DNA of 44,090 nt from Octopus sinensis (taxonomy: Eukaryota). The stretch covers positions 1 to 44,090 of the forward strand of contig NW_021834939.1 of assembly GCF_006345805.1 (NCBI RefSeq), given 5' to 3'. Both the position numbers and the translations under genes were made by a program. Shown piece after piece: positions 10,947-24,590 of the stretch; positions within the stretch are counted from its first letter, which is position 1, and each line of letters begins with the position of its first letter. The notes beneath the pieces are model-generated. The model had not been told where the DNA came from. It saw only the letters and a program-made list of their open reading frames with translations, and did not search any database.

Positions 10947-11682
10947 GGCCATCTGAAAAACGGTATGAAAAAATATCGTTATATAAAGGGAAATTACTGT
11001 GTTATAATTCTGCTACTTATATAAAATATGATTAAAAGTTCATAGTAAACACGTAAACATGGCTAGTCATACGCTCACATGTTCTATCCTGACTATTGAG
11101 TAATTGTAACATTTTATATATTATAGATAAATTTCCTCTATTTACATAATATTGAGGTCTCTTTCTTTCTTTTGTTATCTTACCGTTTTTACCAATATAT
11201 ATATATATATATATATGTATAACAACTAGGCCAAGCGTTTCTACGAATATATCATACGTTTCACTAATTCTTTTAGGTGTAATGTGTAGATGGGAAAACA
11301 GAGAAATTCATTCGTATCTTCCTCAGTTTCCTTCGTAGTAATGAGAGTATTACATCCGTATCAATATATGTCCTACTATATTCATAGTTTATAAACTTAG
11401 TCACAATTCAGGGCCAATAAGTACAGCTAGAAAGCACTGAAAACACGCGTTGGCATGATGCACTTTGGGCAGAATTTTCCAATGTTTAAACGTTATTCAC
11501 AACTTAATCACATTAAAGAGCAATTTTTCTATCATCAAACCTCGTATAAGGACAAAAAGGAGAAGGAAAACATCTCACTTTCATACTTGTGTAATTGCGA
11601 GATCGATAAACTTTTTGATGCTAAGCATTAAACGTAGCGCTTGAGATAATTGTTATTTTATTATGCCAGCATCTATTCATAC

Positions 11683-11758
11683 ATACATATATACATACAT
11701 ACATACATACATACATACATACATAAACATACATTTATATACATACACACACACACAT

Positions 11759-11815
<57 letters not shown>

Positions 11816-12001
11816 CATACATATGTATGCATATTTGTATGTATATGCATATGCTTGTATGAGTGTGTGTATATATACATATACGTTATATATACTCATA
11901 AATATGTATACGTATACATATACATACATACACAAACATATATATGTCTATATGTATATATGTGTGTGTGTGTATATATGTTATATGCGCATGTGTGTGT
12001 G

Positions 12002-12032
<31 letters not shown>

Positions 12033-12046
12033 ATGTATGTATGTAT
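11683..12046. repeat. Compound (TACA)n/(CA)n/(TA)n/(TG)n microsatellite
   Basis: Direct reading. Confidence 0.97.
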
Positions 12047-12208
12047 GAATAACATGTGAACAAGACAGAACTTTGAAGTAGATGTCAGACATTTCCTTGG
12101 GAAAAAGTATCAATATGATACTCTACTGAAAACTATTTAGCAATCTTCCAATTAATGGTTTTACTGTTTTCTCATATGTAATTATAAATGAAAGCAAACA
12201 TTAATATT

Positions 12209-12306
<98 letters not shown>

Positions 12307-12310
12307 GATT

Positions 12311-12341
<31 letters not shown>

Positions 12342-12396
12342 TGATTGATTGATTGATTGAATGATTGAATGTTTGATAGCTAGCTAGCTAGCTAGC

Positions 12397-12474
<78 letters not shown>
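12209..12474. repeat. Compound (GATA)n/(GATT)n/(GCTA)n tetranucleotide microsatellite
   Basis: Direct reading. Confidence 0.98.
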
Positions 12475-12669
12475 TATAATGCCTTTATAATTATCCAGAG
12501 AGTTCACATTGGGGGAAAAGGACATTCAATATATAAGTGAATTCATATATATATAACTCATATATAACTGCTAATAAAATGCAGTGAAACTGTATTTTAT
12601 GAGCAGTTTCACCAGTTTCGCCTCGCCTGATACTTGTGAAATTTCGAGTTCACTGTCAGGATATAATAT

Positions 12670-13078
12670 AAGAAGCCCATTATACCCATCAAGACTACCC
12701 GTCTGATAAGGGTACACCAGGCACATGCATCACAACCATATGTGTGCGACATAGTGATCTCATATCAAGGTAACAGCGCATGACCTTGCAGGTGGGGCCC
12801 AGTTAGATGGGGTCAAGTAGCAAATGCCGCTCAAAAGGTTCCTGAATAAGAGTTGTCTAAGGATGTTGAACGAAACACCCATGTTTCCAGAGGTGAATTA
12901 TTCAAACCCCAAACAATTCCTCTCAATAGATAGCAGTGATGCTCCTCCACTAATTCTGCTCATGATCAGAGAGGCATATATCGTCAGCCACTAAGGGATA
13001 TGATCAACTGGTTAAGGTCAAACAACTGACATGCAAATCTGTGGTATTGAGCAGAATATTTTCCAATCAGTTTAAGAT
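12670..13078 (-). mobile_element. Unclassified interspersed repeat (family C)
   Basis: 12940-13078 is the reverse complement of 18700-18980 (aaatattctgctcaataccacagatttg..cccttagtggctgacgata). Confidence 0.7.
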
Positions 13079-13630
13079 GCCACATATTTTGTATTTCAAT
13101 TTCCAGATTCTTATATTTACTTAATTCGTCAAATTCCTTTACAGATATATTTTTATCAGTGGAAATATTTACATCTATTCGTCTACAAATATTTCCTTCC
13201 CGGTTTTTAATGACTATGTCCAGCCGATTAGCCTGGATTGTTCTGTCAGTGTTGAATGGAAAATCCCAGAGGATAGTAACAGTTTTACCTTCAACAACAG
13301 GCTGAGGGTGATGTTCATACCAGTAAGCAGGTGTGTTGGTTTTGTAGTGTTTACATATTTTCCGATGTCCGACCCTATTGTGGCGGATTTTGCAATCGGT
13401 TGGTGTTAGCACAGGACAACCCGTGACGGGATGGTGTATTGTTTCATCAAATGTATCGCAGAATCTGTATTTAGGGTCGGATCCATTTTGAAGAACGTTA
13501 GCCTGTTAGTTTTTGGTAAGCATGTTTTGATCGTGTGCCGCCAATATCAAACCTTCAGTCTGCTTTCTGTCCTGAGCTTCTCAGCCACTGATGGGTTGTT
13601 GCTTGGTCTACAACAGCATTTCGGTTTCGA
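13079..13630 (-). pseudogene. R4/Dong-like non-LTR fragment: zinc knuckle + restriction-like endonuclease
   Basis: QWLRSSG..EGLILAAHDQ..YRFCDTFDETIHHPVTGC..RHNRVG..WYEHHP..ILWDFPFNTDRTIQANRLDIVI..IDV..SKYKNLEIEIQNMWHLK. Confidence 0.88.
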
Positions 13631-13686
13631 AGTATATCCTATATTTATATACATATATATATATATATATGAATTTTTATTTTTAG

Positions 13687-13727
<41 letters not shown>

Positions 13728-13833
13728 AATTTTTATTTTTAGATATAAAAGATGTACTTAATTGTAGTTATGTTTTTAGCTTCTGCTTTTTCCATAATCG
13801 CATGTGAGTATTTTATTTATATTCCCTCGTAAG

Positions 13834-13892
13834 CTCTACTGACGAAGAATGTATCCTTTATAGAATTAATTCCGAAATGACTTAATATAGAG
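13834..13892 (+). ncRNA. Type I hammerhead ribozyme (predicted AUA cut after 13887)
   Basis: ctcta-CTGACGA-A-GAAT..ATTC-C-GAAA-TGACTTAA-TA-tagag; 5-bp perfect stem I; A.C mismatch at the base of stem II. Confidence 0.65.
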
Positions 13893-14029
13893 ATAACGAA
13901 ATTTAAATTTTCTAAAGGTTAGTTGCCCGCTTTCAGATCAATTTTCCTGTAACAAGTGGATTATAAGTGGCTAAATCAGTGTATTGGCTTTAGAATAACC
14001 TTCTTTAGCCCTTAATTATAAGATATATT

Positions 14030-14533
<504 letters not shown>

Positions 14534-14900
14534 TATATCTATATGTGTGTGAGTATATATATATATAACGAAGACATTGAATAGTAACTACGAGTGTTAT
14601 GGGTAGAACTATAAACAGGTCTGACTTTGTGCGGACGTCCTAGTATATAGTTCTGCATATTATTTTCATTTGGACGGTCACACCAAAGATCTACGACATT
14701 TACGTAAGTAAAATTACGTTATATGGTAATAGTGAAACGCATGTGAATAATCCATATTTCTATTGCTTTTCTTCTGTCTTGCTCGATTAAGTTTTGGTTG
14801 TTCGCTAAATTTTTCTTGAGAATATTTCTTAGTGGTAAGACCATAGCGGATCTTCTTCTAGCATAAGGGCTGTCATAGTGTCTATCCCTCTCACATGTAT

Positions 14901-14932
<32 letters not shown>

Positions 14933-17181
14933 CCTTCTGTCAATAAAATATCCGATAACTAAATCCATTCCAACAGTCGACATCTTGTCTTGTTTTCATT
15001 TCTTTTTTCGTTCTCTTTTTCCCCTCTGTCCTTATGCCCTCAGCTACCACAAGGGATTATGCCGTTGAATTTTCATAAGTATGTGAACTGTTTTTCGGTG
15101 ATACCAGAAGAAACTAATGCTTTTATTAGTTCTTTTCTGAGAAATTTATTCTTGACTTGGGTGAGTACACTTACAATGTCAAATACAAGTTATGAATAAC
15201 ATTGATTCTATAAGCAAATTATAAATAGAAAACTTTGACGACTCTGAAGCCATAACCTGCAACAGCATTAAAACAATTATTTCCAGCAATTTTCTAGGAT
15301 GTTAATCTCTTATGTTTTTTTAACTACATCCTACCATTTGGTTAACTATTGGACTTAATGGACAAAAGTAACAGTGTTATTTTGTATGGATTATTTTAGA
15401 TTTATACCCTGTTTATTTCGCCAAAATATGTTTTAAGCAGAATATTGTGATCAATATATATATGAGGTGGGGTTAAAGTTTTCTTATCCTCTAGGACAGA
15501 TATCGAAGAAATGACAACATCTCGATAATCTGCAACTGCGGTTACTGATTACTATTGCTTCAGTTTAGAGTTTATCATCTCAGTCTCAATCTTAGGGAAT
15601 TAGTTATTTCTTAAATTCCCGCTGTATCATTTTTATTTCAGAAACGACCGTGTCTACCACGGTTGCATTTATTGCTCTGTAAGCCATACAACAGTACATT
15701 ACCACTGGAAGAAGCATGTATCTATTATTCCCACGATTAAGATTGATACAAAGAGGGCGGGCTTCACAAAGAATTAGTCCACTGATCAGTCATCAGCTTG
15801 CATTAGCTTATATAGAATATGGCAAGTGAAGTGTTCGTTAAGCTCTTGAGATTCAATTGACTTTGAGAATAGAGTTAGCGATGTGAACAACGAAATAGCA
15901 ACCGATGAAGAATACTTAATGTGCTAATGATTTGTGTAACGAATCAAGAATATTGCAACTCACTCTTACCAGCTTAGTGCTTAATAGGAAAATGGAAATC
16001 TACTTTTTTTCCTCTCTATTATTGAATTTATGCCAAGTACTGATGGAAATAGATAGTGACTATTCACTTTTAAATTTGATAATTTTCAGTCAAAGTAATT
16101 AAGCCAACGAAAATATTATCAATGGTATATGAAAACAGTCCAGATTTTGGAGAATTATAAGTTGCATGGAAATAAGGCTTGTGTAATGGTAATTTATTTT
16201 GGTAATACTTTACAACTAGAAGGATCGGGAAACTTAATTAGGGAAGAACTTGTCAAATTCCACAATATAACAATTGCTCACAAGTAATAAATAAATGAAG
16301 ATAATTTCCCTAAGCTTGTTTGATAGGAGATTCAATTTAAACACACTGTCAAAATGAACATATAATAATAATAATGATAACAACAATAGTAATGATATCT
16401 ATAGTAATAATAATACCAACTGAAACAGATAAAATCAGGCCAAAAGCTCTCTGAGTGAATACATCATGGCTGTAATTATTTTCTTATCACATTATTTCTA
16501 ATATAAACTTATGTCATCAAAAGAACTGTCAATGGATGCAAACTTTCTTCAAAGTATTGCCGAAAAGTAGCAGACGATTTGACATATTTCAAGATTTAAA
16601 TTTTGCCCGTATCGATATATAACTAAGCTTTTGCTTTTTTGTCTATTCAATAATGTTACATCCAATACTCTATTGTAATTATTATAATTCTCTCTATATC
16701 AGCGATAATTATGTTTCTCTCTTTTCAACATATCAATTTCCTACCTTTCCTCATTGTCGTATTTTGCTTATAACTTCCATGAAAATAATACATTTGATGT
16801 TTTAGTCGTAAACGCCATTGTGTTAGGAACTTGACTGAGTAGAAGATTTTTGCGTCTGTTTCATCAATGAATTTTAACTCTAAGCACAGACATGGCTATA
16901 TCATACCCAAATTCATTTTGTCATCGCATTGTTTCGTGTTCGAGTTCACCTGAGTGGTATCTTGAACAAATGCCTTCTACATTCGCTTCGTTCTGACCTT
17001 ATGAATGAAAACGAAAACCAGAAAATGTCTGGGAGTATGGATGCGTATGTGTATATGTATGTATATATGTATATATGTGTGTTTATGACTCTGTCTCCAT
17101 GTGTGCCTTCATTTGGAAAACACTTGAAAAAAATGGTGTCTGTGTGGGACCTTAAAGTAATTAAACATGCTATTCGATAAA

Positions 17182-17574
17182 TCTCTCTCTATATAAGGCT
17201 GAAGTTGTCTGTGTATGGCAAGTTTGGTAGCCTTCAACTAACACTATCTCCTCCGAGACCCTGCGGCACACGTTGACCAAAATTGAGAGTATGATAGAAG
17301 AAAGCTTGCTCTTCCTTCCGTAGAAGAAAAAATTCAAATCGGACCATGTTAACACCAAAAATTATTTACATCAAAAAGGTGCTTTTTTTCTTTGAAAATC
17401 CCTATTTTTTACGATTTTTTTTACTGCTGTGTCGCCATTTTTCGGTGTATTTCAACCAGAAAAATGTTCACTTAAAGAGAATAACAAGCTACATAATGCT
17501 GAATTTTTACTTTTCAAAAATTATAATTCTAAATGGTCGAAACAAACCCGAACAACGCCGGGCGATACTGCTAG
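17182..17574 (+). mobile_element. Non-autonomous Helitron-like element (second subfamily)
   Basis: a|TC...cccgaacaacgccggg..CTAG|t: inserted at AT with no TSD; interior differs from the other copies. Confidence 0.75.
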
Positions 17575-18307
17575 TAACGGAATAAAAATAAGTACCAGGT
17601 ATAAGATAATCGCCAGTTTCGATATCATTCCCTAAAACGCTTCGTGGCGGTTTCCACAACTTGGTTTTTTTGTCCAATAACTGAAAGAAGTGTAGATCAA
17701 ATATTATATATTTCTGACATTTGGCTCTCGACCCTGTAAACTAAAACTGGTCTTTGCCAATAGGTTTATCAAGTTATTCAAATCAGCTAATGTCAAAGTT
17801 ACATTAAATCATAAAAGACTGGAAAGTTTTATATCAATATTAATATCATTAATCACTAAATATTTTGCACCGGAGATTGATATATCTGAAAAATTAGACA
17901 ATGATATCTGATTGCGAAATTTAATATGAGTTTAATCACCCATTTATCTTCCAGACTCTAAACTTCAGTACATTATCACTTATATTCCTACTACCACAAC
18001 AATAACAACAACAACAACTGCTACTACTACTATTACTACTCCTGCTATTGTTGTTGCTGCTACAACAACTACTACTATTACTAGCTGAAGAGACGATGGA
18101 AGACCAAGACAACAGTCTTGTAAGTAATTGGCGCGCGTGGCACATCACCAAAAATACTCCCTAAAAGACAGTAAGGAATTTGAGTTGAAAGTCGCATTGC
18201 CAACCTGCAGAGTAGTTACATTCTACATTCTGCACGAATCCTAAAAATAAAGAATCTTGAGATTTAAGGAGTAATATCTATTATCCAAATTAACATGCAC
18301 TAACGAA

Positions 18308-18333
18308 ATAATAATAATAATAATAAAAATAAA

Positions 18334-18429
<96 letters not shown>

Positions 18430-18432
18430 AAT
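18308..18432. repeat. (AAT)n(GAT)n microsatellite
   Basis: Direct reading. Confidence 0.97.
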
Positions 18433-18685
18433 AAAAAATCGTATTAACTGGAACGGCTCATGTACTGAGAAGAGCACTATCGCTGTGAAAATAACATCCA
18501 TCCATGAATTTATTTATTTATTAATTTTTAAATACATATTCTATCTGTGAATTTGCGCGTGTAATCTGGGAATGCTTGCAATGCCCTTCTCTGTCCTAGG
18601 TGTATGGAAAACCGTCGGCGAGAAACGGAAGAAAATTTGAAGAAAGAAGGAAAAAACATAATAATAATAATAATATAAAAGATGG

Positions 18686-18975
18686 GCTACAGCAAATATA
18701 TAAAATATGGGCTACAGCAAATATTCTGCTGAATATCACAGATTTGCTTGTCAGTTGTTTGACCGTAACCAGTTGAGCATGTCCCTTAGTGGCTGACGAT
18801 AGTGTATAACTGATTGGAAGTGTTATCATGTACATTGTTTTGTCTTGGTATAAAAGATAGGCTACAGCAAATATTCTGCTCAATACGACAGACTTGGCTG
18901 ACGATGTGTGCATCTCTGATCACGAGCAGAAGTAAGGGGGAGCGTCATAGCCATGTGTTGGAAGGGATTCTTTGT
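18686..18975 (+). mobile_element. Family C repeat with internal duplication
   Basis: (g)gctacagcaaata occurs three times; homologous to 12940-13078. Confidence 0.7.
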
Positions 18976-19012
18976 GCTTACCGTTCTGCCAGCTCACCGC
19001 CTTAATAATAAT

Positions 19013-19214
19013 AATCACAAGGCTTGGACTTTTGTGGGAAGGGAGACAATCGATCTCACCGTCAGTAGTATTTGACTGGTACTTAATTTATCGACCTCGC
19101 AAGGATGAGAGGCAAAGTCGATCTCGGGTGGAATTTGAACTCAGAACGTAATGATAGACGAAACACCGCTCAGCATTTCACCTGGCGTGCTACCGATTCT
19201 GCCTGCTCGCCGCC
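19013..19214 (-). mobile_element. SINE family A (alternative-tail variant)
   Basis: Reverse complement of the ggcgagc.ggcag head and gttcaaattcc B box. Confidence 0.85.
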
Positions 19215-19267
19215 TAAACAACAATAACAACAACAACAATAACAATAACAACAACAACAACAACTAC

Positions 19268-19301
<34 letters not shown>

Positions 19302-19594
19302 CTACTTTTTCTTCAGTTGTTGCTATTGTAACTACTACGCACACCCCCTATAGAGACTGCGTCAAACTTTCTCGTTTTAGTCCCTATTCTGTAGTCGTGG
19401 ACTGACAGATTCTCTTCTTTGCAATCCTTAATTTGCTACACTTATGCAATGCCAAACAAATCAATCCTCCACTGAAGGTAAGATGAAAAATGTATATGAA
19501 TTACAACTAAACACCAACTGAATCCCAGACGATGGCAACGAGAATGTCTGCCCTATATAAACGAGATATATATAAACAAGACATATATAAATAA

Positions 19595-19825
19595 GGTGGC
19601 GAGCTGGCAGAAACGTTAGCACGCTGGGCGAGATGCGTAGCCGTATTTCGTCTGCCGTTACGTTCCGAGTTCAAACTCCGCCGAGGTTGACTTTGCCTTT
19701 TATCATTTCCTGGTCGATAAATTAAGTACCAGTTACGCACTGGGGTCGATGTAATCGACCTAATCGCTTTGTCTGTCCTTGTTTGTCTCCTCTATATTTA
19801 GCCTCTTGTGGGTAGTAAAGAAATA
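19595..19825 (+). mobile_element. SINE family A, full length
   Basis: ggtggcgagctggcagaaacgttagc..gagttcaaactcc..gtagtaaagaaata. Confidence 0.9.
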
Positions 19826-21119
19826 TATATAAACAAGTACACAACCCTATTTAAAATCTGAAGCCAAGATATATTGACACAAGGCGTAGTGGAATGTGAC
19901 CATGATGCAGTTCTGCCACGAAATTTTATCATCAAATTATAAATGTATGTTTTAGAATAGCTAATATGTTACTGTTCACTACTCTCGTTATTCATAAATT
20001 CGCAACGATTATCCTGAGGTATCAGTAAAAAATATGACTGTGTCTGCAGTTAATTATCCACCGTAAAGAAGTATTAGACGGTAAGTAGTAAGCTATCATT
20101 GACTAACTATATTATACAATACTACAGAATACTATGCTGTATTAACTATATTGATTAACTAGACTGAGCTACAGCAATCTCTTTCGCGATCTTAAATAAA
20201 ACAAAATTACTTCAAGGAAATTTTAAAATTTAATATTAATGTTAATGAATGAAACAAAAATAGATTGAAGCAAGTAGTGCGTTTTTATATAACTTTATTG
20301 TATTTCTTGAAAGGTAACACTTTTCGGCATTTTTGACGATTTCGTTTGAAAGTTTTAGCGTATTAGCCACGAAATTTGTATGCTTTCGGCTTTAATTAGA
20401 CAAACAATTTTATCACGCAATATATAAAGAAAAACTGCGATGGTTTGTGAAACGTAATCCCGATGGCTGTTTATAATTATTCTCCGTGTCTTCATAAAAT
20501 ATCGCACAGCTAATGGAAAAACACTGATGCGTTTGAACACAAGTTTTTTTTTATATTATTATGAATATTTTCATTCATATTATGAGCACAATATTTCTTT
20601 AATTTCTTTTGTCCATACTATTACCAGATAAAGATTAATATAAGGCCCACTGGCGAAATATACCAATAAGAAATTAGAAAACATCGGTTGACTGCTTCGC
20701 CATAATATATTTGTGATTGCTTGGTATCGAAGACTCTGTCTATTGATTAAATTAATGGTACCGAATTTATTAAGGTTCTTGATAGCGATATTATTTTCTA
20801 TACATTGTAGTTAAAACAGATTTTTTCATAACTTTGCTTAGAAAGACGGCTTTTGTTTGTACCGCCCATATATGAAGCATATAAGACTTAGAGCACTCAC
20901 AAAGAAAATTTAACCTATAAATCAGAGGTAAATAAGTAAAACCTAATCAATATGACTATATATGTACGGTTATAACTTCCTGCTACTTTAACAATAACAA
21001 GACCCACTAAAAAATGAAATATATGATTACCAAAAGATTTACTTCATATGCATGTTAAAAAGACTGAAAGCAAAATATGCAAATTCTAGGATACTTCGGA
21101 AGATTTTAAGAGAAACTCT

Positions 21120-21533
21120 GGATCTTTTCAGTTTGACCGGCAGATTTAAAAAATAATTTCTTTGTAACTAGACACTTTTAAACTTTGTATACTGGTAGAA
21201 TGTGTCACATAAAACATCTTTTTCCCTTGCCGTTCTTGAGAAAATTCTGTAGTTTGTAAGCTATTTAACGAAATATACACCGCCGGAACTTCTTGTTGAA
21301 CTTGTTGACCAACAACAGCAGTAATTGTATACTCTTCAATAGACGTCATTGATTGGTTGAAATTGCCGAAATACAAGAAATTTAACAACAAATAGCTTAC
21401 AAACTACACAATTTTCTCAAGAACGCCAAGAGAAAAAGATGCTTTATGTGACACATTCTACCAGTATACAAAGTTTAAACGTGTTTACTTACAAAGAAAT
21501 TATTTTTTTAAATCTGTCAAAGTGGAAAGATCC
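21120..21533. mobile_element. Foldback MITE: ~145-bp imperfect TIRs with 8-bp TSD
   Basis: Arms 21120-21266 and 21390-21533; flanks gaaactct (21112-21119) and gaaactgt (21534-21541). Confidence 0.75.
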
Positions 21534-22229
21534 GAAACTGTATATAGTTATTATTGAACATATTATGTATCATGCCTCACTTCGTATTCGTAATGTTTCC
21601 CGCACAATGCAGCTCTTATAGTTACGTAGTCATGTTATATTTTTGGACACAACTAATCACTTTTTGCGCTTCTCTCGTTAAATAGCTGATTTCATTTGAA
21701 AGATTTCAAACCGCACGCAAAGGAGAATTGCATTATTCCAGTTACATATTCAGAAGTAGAATTATTTCTCAACAATCTAAAAATTTAGTTAAAAAAAACG
21801 TCCCCGTAATTGATTTTAAAACGAGTATTAATTATTTATTATATAAATGAAGCATTTCAACTGGTTGTTTTATCTTAGTTCTTATGTTTAAATCCTCTAC
21901 TCAATAACATTTCGAATCAACACGATAATTATATAGTTATGTCTATAAATATATGTGGTGGAAATTGTAAATATTCTATCATAAAAATATTTCATGCCAT
22001 TTATGTGATAAATGTAGAAATCTGTCTTTATTTAACAGGGTTTAATATTTTGTTTTACTTATAGTTACAATCATTTTGTAACAACCTTTTTCTCTGACAA
22101 ATGAGGAAAAGAAGATGTAAATATGCAAAAGTATAAACGGCTCAACGGAATTACAAGTAACTTGTTAGCGTACGAAAGTAAAAGTAACAAACATATAAGA
22201 CAACTAACAGTATTAGCTTTGATATACCA

Positions 22230-22652
22230 TATTTATTTCTTTATTGCCCACAGTGGCGGGGGGGTTAACATAGAGTGAACAAACAAGGACAAACAAAAGG
22301 ATTAAGTCGATTATATCCACCCCAGTGAATAACTGGTACTTATTTAATCGACGCCGAAAGGATGAAAGGTAAAGTCGACCTCGGCAGAATTTGAACTCAG
22401 AACGTAGCGGCAGGCGAAATACCGCTAAGCATTTCGCCCGGCGTGCTAACGTTTCTACCAGCTCGCCGCCTTCTAAAGATGAAAGGCAAAGTCGACCTCG
22501 GCGGAATTTGAACTTAGAACATAGCACCAGACGAAATGCCTAAATCTTATATCGACCCCAGTGCGTAACTGGTACTTATTTAATCGACCCCGAAAGGATG
22601 AAAGGCAAAGTCGACCTCGGCGGAATTTGAACGTTTCTGCCAGATCACCGCC
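22230..22652 (-). mobile_element. SINE family A: one full copy plus two fragments
   Basis: Repeated aaggcaaagtcgacctcggcggaatttgaac motif. Confidence 0.85.
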
Positions 22653-22989
22653 TTGGTGAGAGAACATCGTGTTGGGTCTGAAGGTAAGAGGCGACTTGCT
22701 AGTTCTAATAAAACTTGTGTATTGTAACATCAAAAACAAAGTACTCGGTTTATAGCCTTTCCCTAAGGTAAGTCCTATTTATAGTGGATTTAGTTGAAGC
22801 CTAATTTCAATGGAACCGAACGCTTTATTGAAATATGCGGTGGATTAATGCACATATAACTATATTTGAACATCAGTAAATGTATGTTTACCGTCGTTTA
22901 AATGTAGCTATAGCGCTTATTTTTTGACATAAATGTGTGTTTGTGTGTGCCTTCATGTGTAAGTCTCTCCATGTGTGTGCGTGTGTGTG

Positions 22990-23676
22990 TGAACGTGTGT
23001 ATACACAAATATGGAGGAATTACAACCGTGTTTCGTGGTCTGCAACCACAACAGCTCCTTTGTAGGATCCAGTTAGCTCAAAACATCATCAGGAGGAACC
23101 ACGTCCGGTTTCGGCCCCTACCCCTCTACCGTTTTGACGTGCCCTCCCCCCTTTCGGAGGTGTCTTCAGCTCTAGTGTTGGGTGCATGTCTTCTTTCTTC
23201 TTCTTCTTTCTTCTGTTTCCTGGCCTCTTCGATGTATTGTCAGCGAGTGTCAGCCGGTGACTGACTGTCTAGTCAAATTTCTCCCTTTAAATACCTGCCC
23301 CATAGGCTCCAGCAAGCAGCCCCAGCAAGTTGTCACCTGACACTGTCTCACCTTAACTGACTAGTGAAGGCGCGTAGTTTTAGCGCGCGCTTTTTCTAAA
23401 CGACCGCCACCTGTCAGTCAGCGAAGCTGATTCAGTCAGCTTGTCTCACCTAATGATGTTATTTCCCGTCAGAGTGTTTATGACTTTCAAGCCATTTTCG
23501 GTCTTCCCGCTTCGGCCAATATATAGAAGCTGGCTTTTTCGACCGCCTCCTGTACTCTCCTTATTAGTTTACGCAGCTCGGGGCTAGAAAAAACAAATCT
23601 TCTTTTGAAAAGCGTTGTCATTTTCTTTTCAATGAAGCCTCTAGCCCTCAGGTGATAATAAATAAATATACACATA
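22990..23676 (-). mobile_element. 3' end of an RLE-type (HERO-like) non-LTR retrotransposon with long 3' UTR
   Basis: ARGFI..LRKLIRRVQEAVEKASFYI, then after a -1 shift WPKREDRKW; resembles the (E)KAS.W(I/L)W.KR C-terminus of HERO-type elements (from memory). Flanked by (TG)n and (TA)n. Confidence 0.6.
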
Positions 23677-23721
23677 TCTACGTACATACACACAATATAT
23701 ATATATATATATATATATATA

Positions 23722-24110
23722 CTAGCAACTAAGCCTGGTTTCACCCGGTCGGTTTGGATGATGTGGCTGTAAAACCTGCTCTGTGTAAGCATTCAAATTG
23801 TTTGGGCATGCTTATATTAAAAAACAATTTTAGAATGACTTTTTTCTGTCAAAACGCTAAAAATAACAGACAAACAAAAACAAAAACAACCAAGATTCAA
23901 CCAAATGAAAAATAAACCCAAATACTAAGCGAACAAAGATGACCCCTCCCCATATAAATATATAGTGGTATAGATGTTGTGCACACATAGTGACATGTCT
24001 GTGTTCATACAAAATACGAACATATAAAAGTATATTGGTATAGATTCAGTCCAATATAATACAGTAATTAGAATGGTATATATTGATCGATTATGTTTGT
24101 TTGTATTTCA
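23722..24110 (-). mobile_element. Possible Helitron-like element (distal boundary uncertain)
   Basis: a|ctagcaactaagcctggtttcacccgg is the reverse complement of an imperfect hairpin + CTAG|t 3' end. Confidence 0.4.
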
Positions 24111-24224
24111 TGAGAACTCTATATCAACATGTATGAATAAATAGAATTGAGAATGTGCTTGTGTGTGTGTGTGTGTGTGTCTATGTGTTTATTTTTGTGA
24201 GCGTGAAACCTAAACTTTAAAATA

Positions 24225-24590
<366 letters not shown>

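Larger units (their letters stand above)
10622..11205 (-). mobile_element. Short PLE-derived non-autonomous element(s) between TA tracts, carrying hammerhead motifs
   Basis: 10640-10760 is homologous to 40700-40800; hammerhead motifs at 10722-10756 and 10884-10946. Confidence 0.6.

Noticed and set aside
11430-11500. TRWHDALW resembling the hAT transposase TRWN motif
   Set aside because: Single short motif followed by a stop; no other hAT motifs nearby.
14690-14760. GAAAC-GCAT-GTG with a partial upstream core
   Set aside because: Needs several corrections (core deletion, GUG site, no stem I); too degenerate to call.
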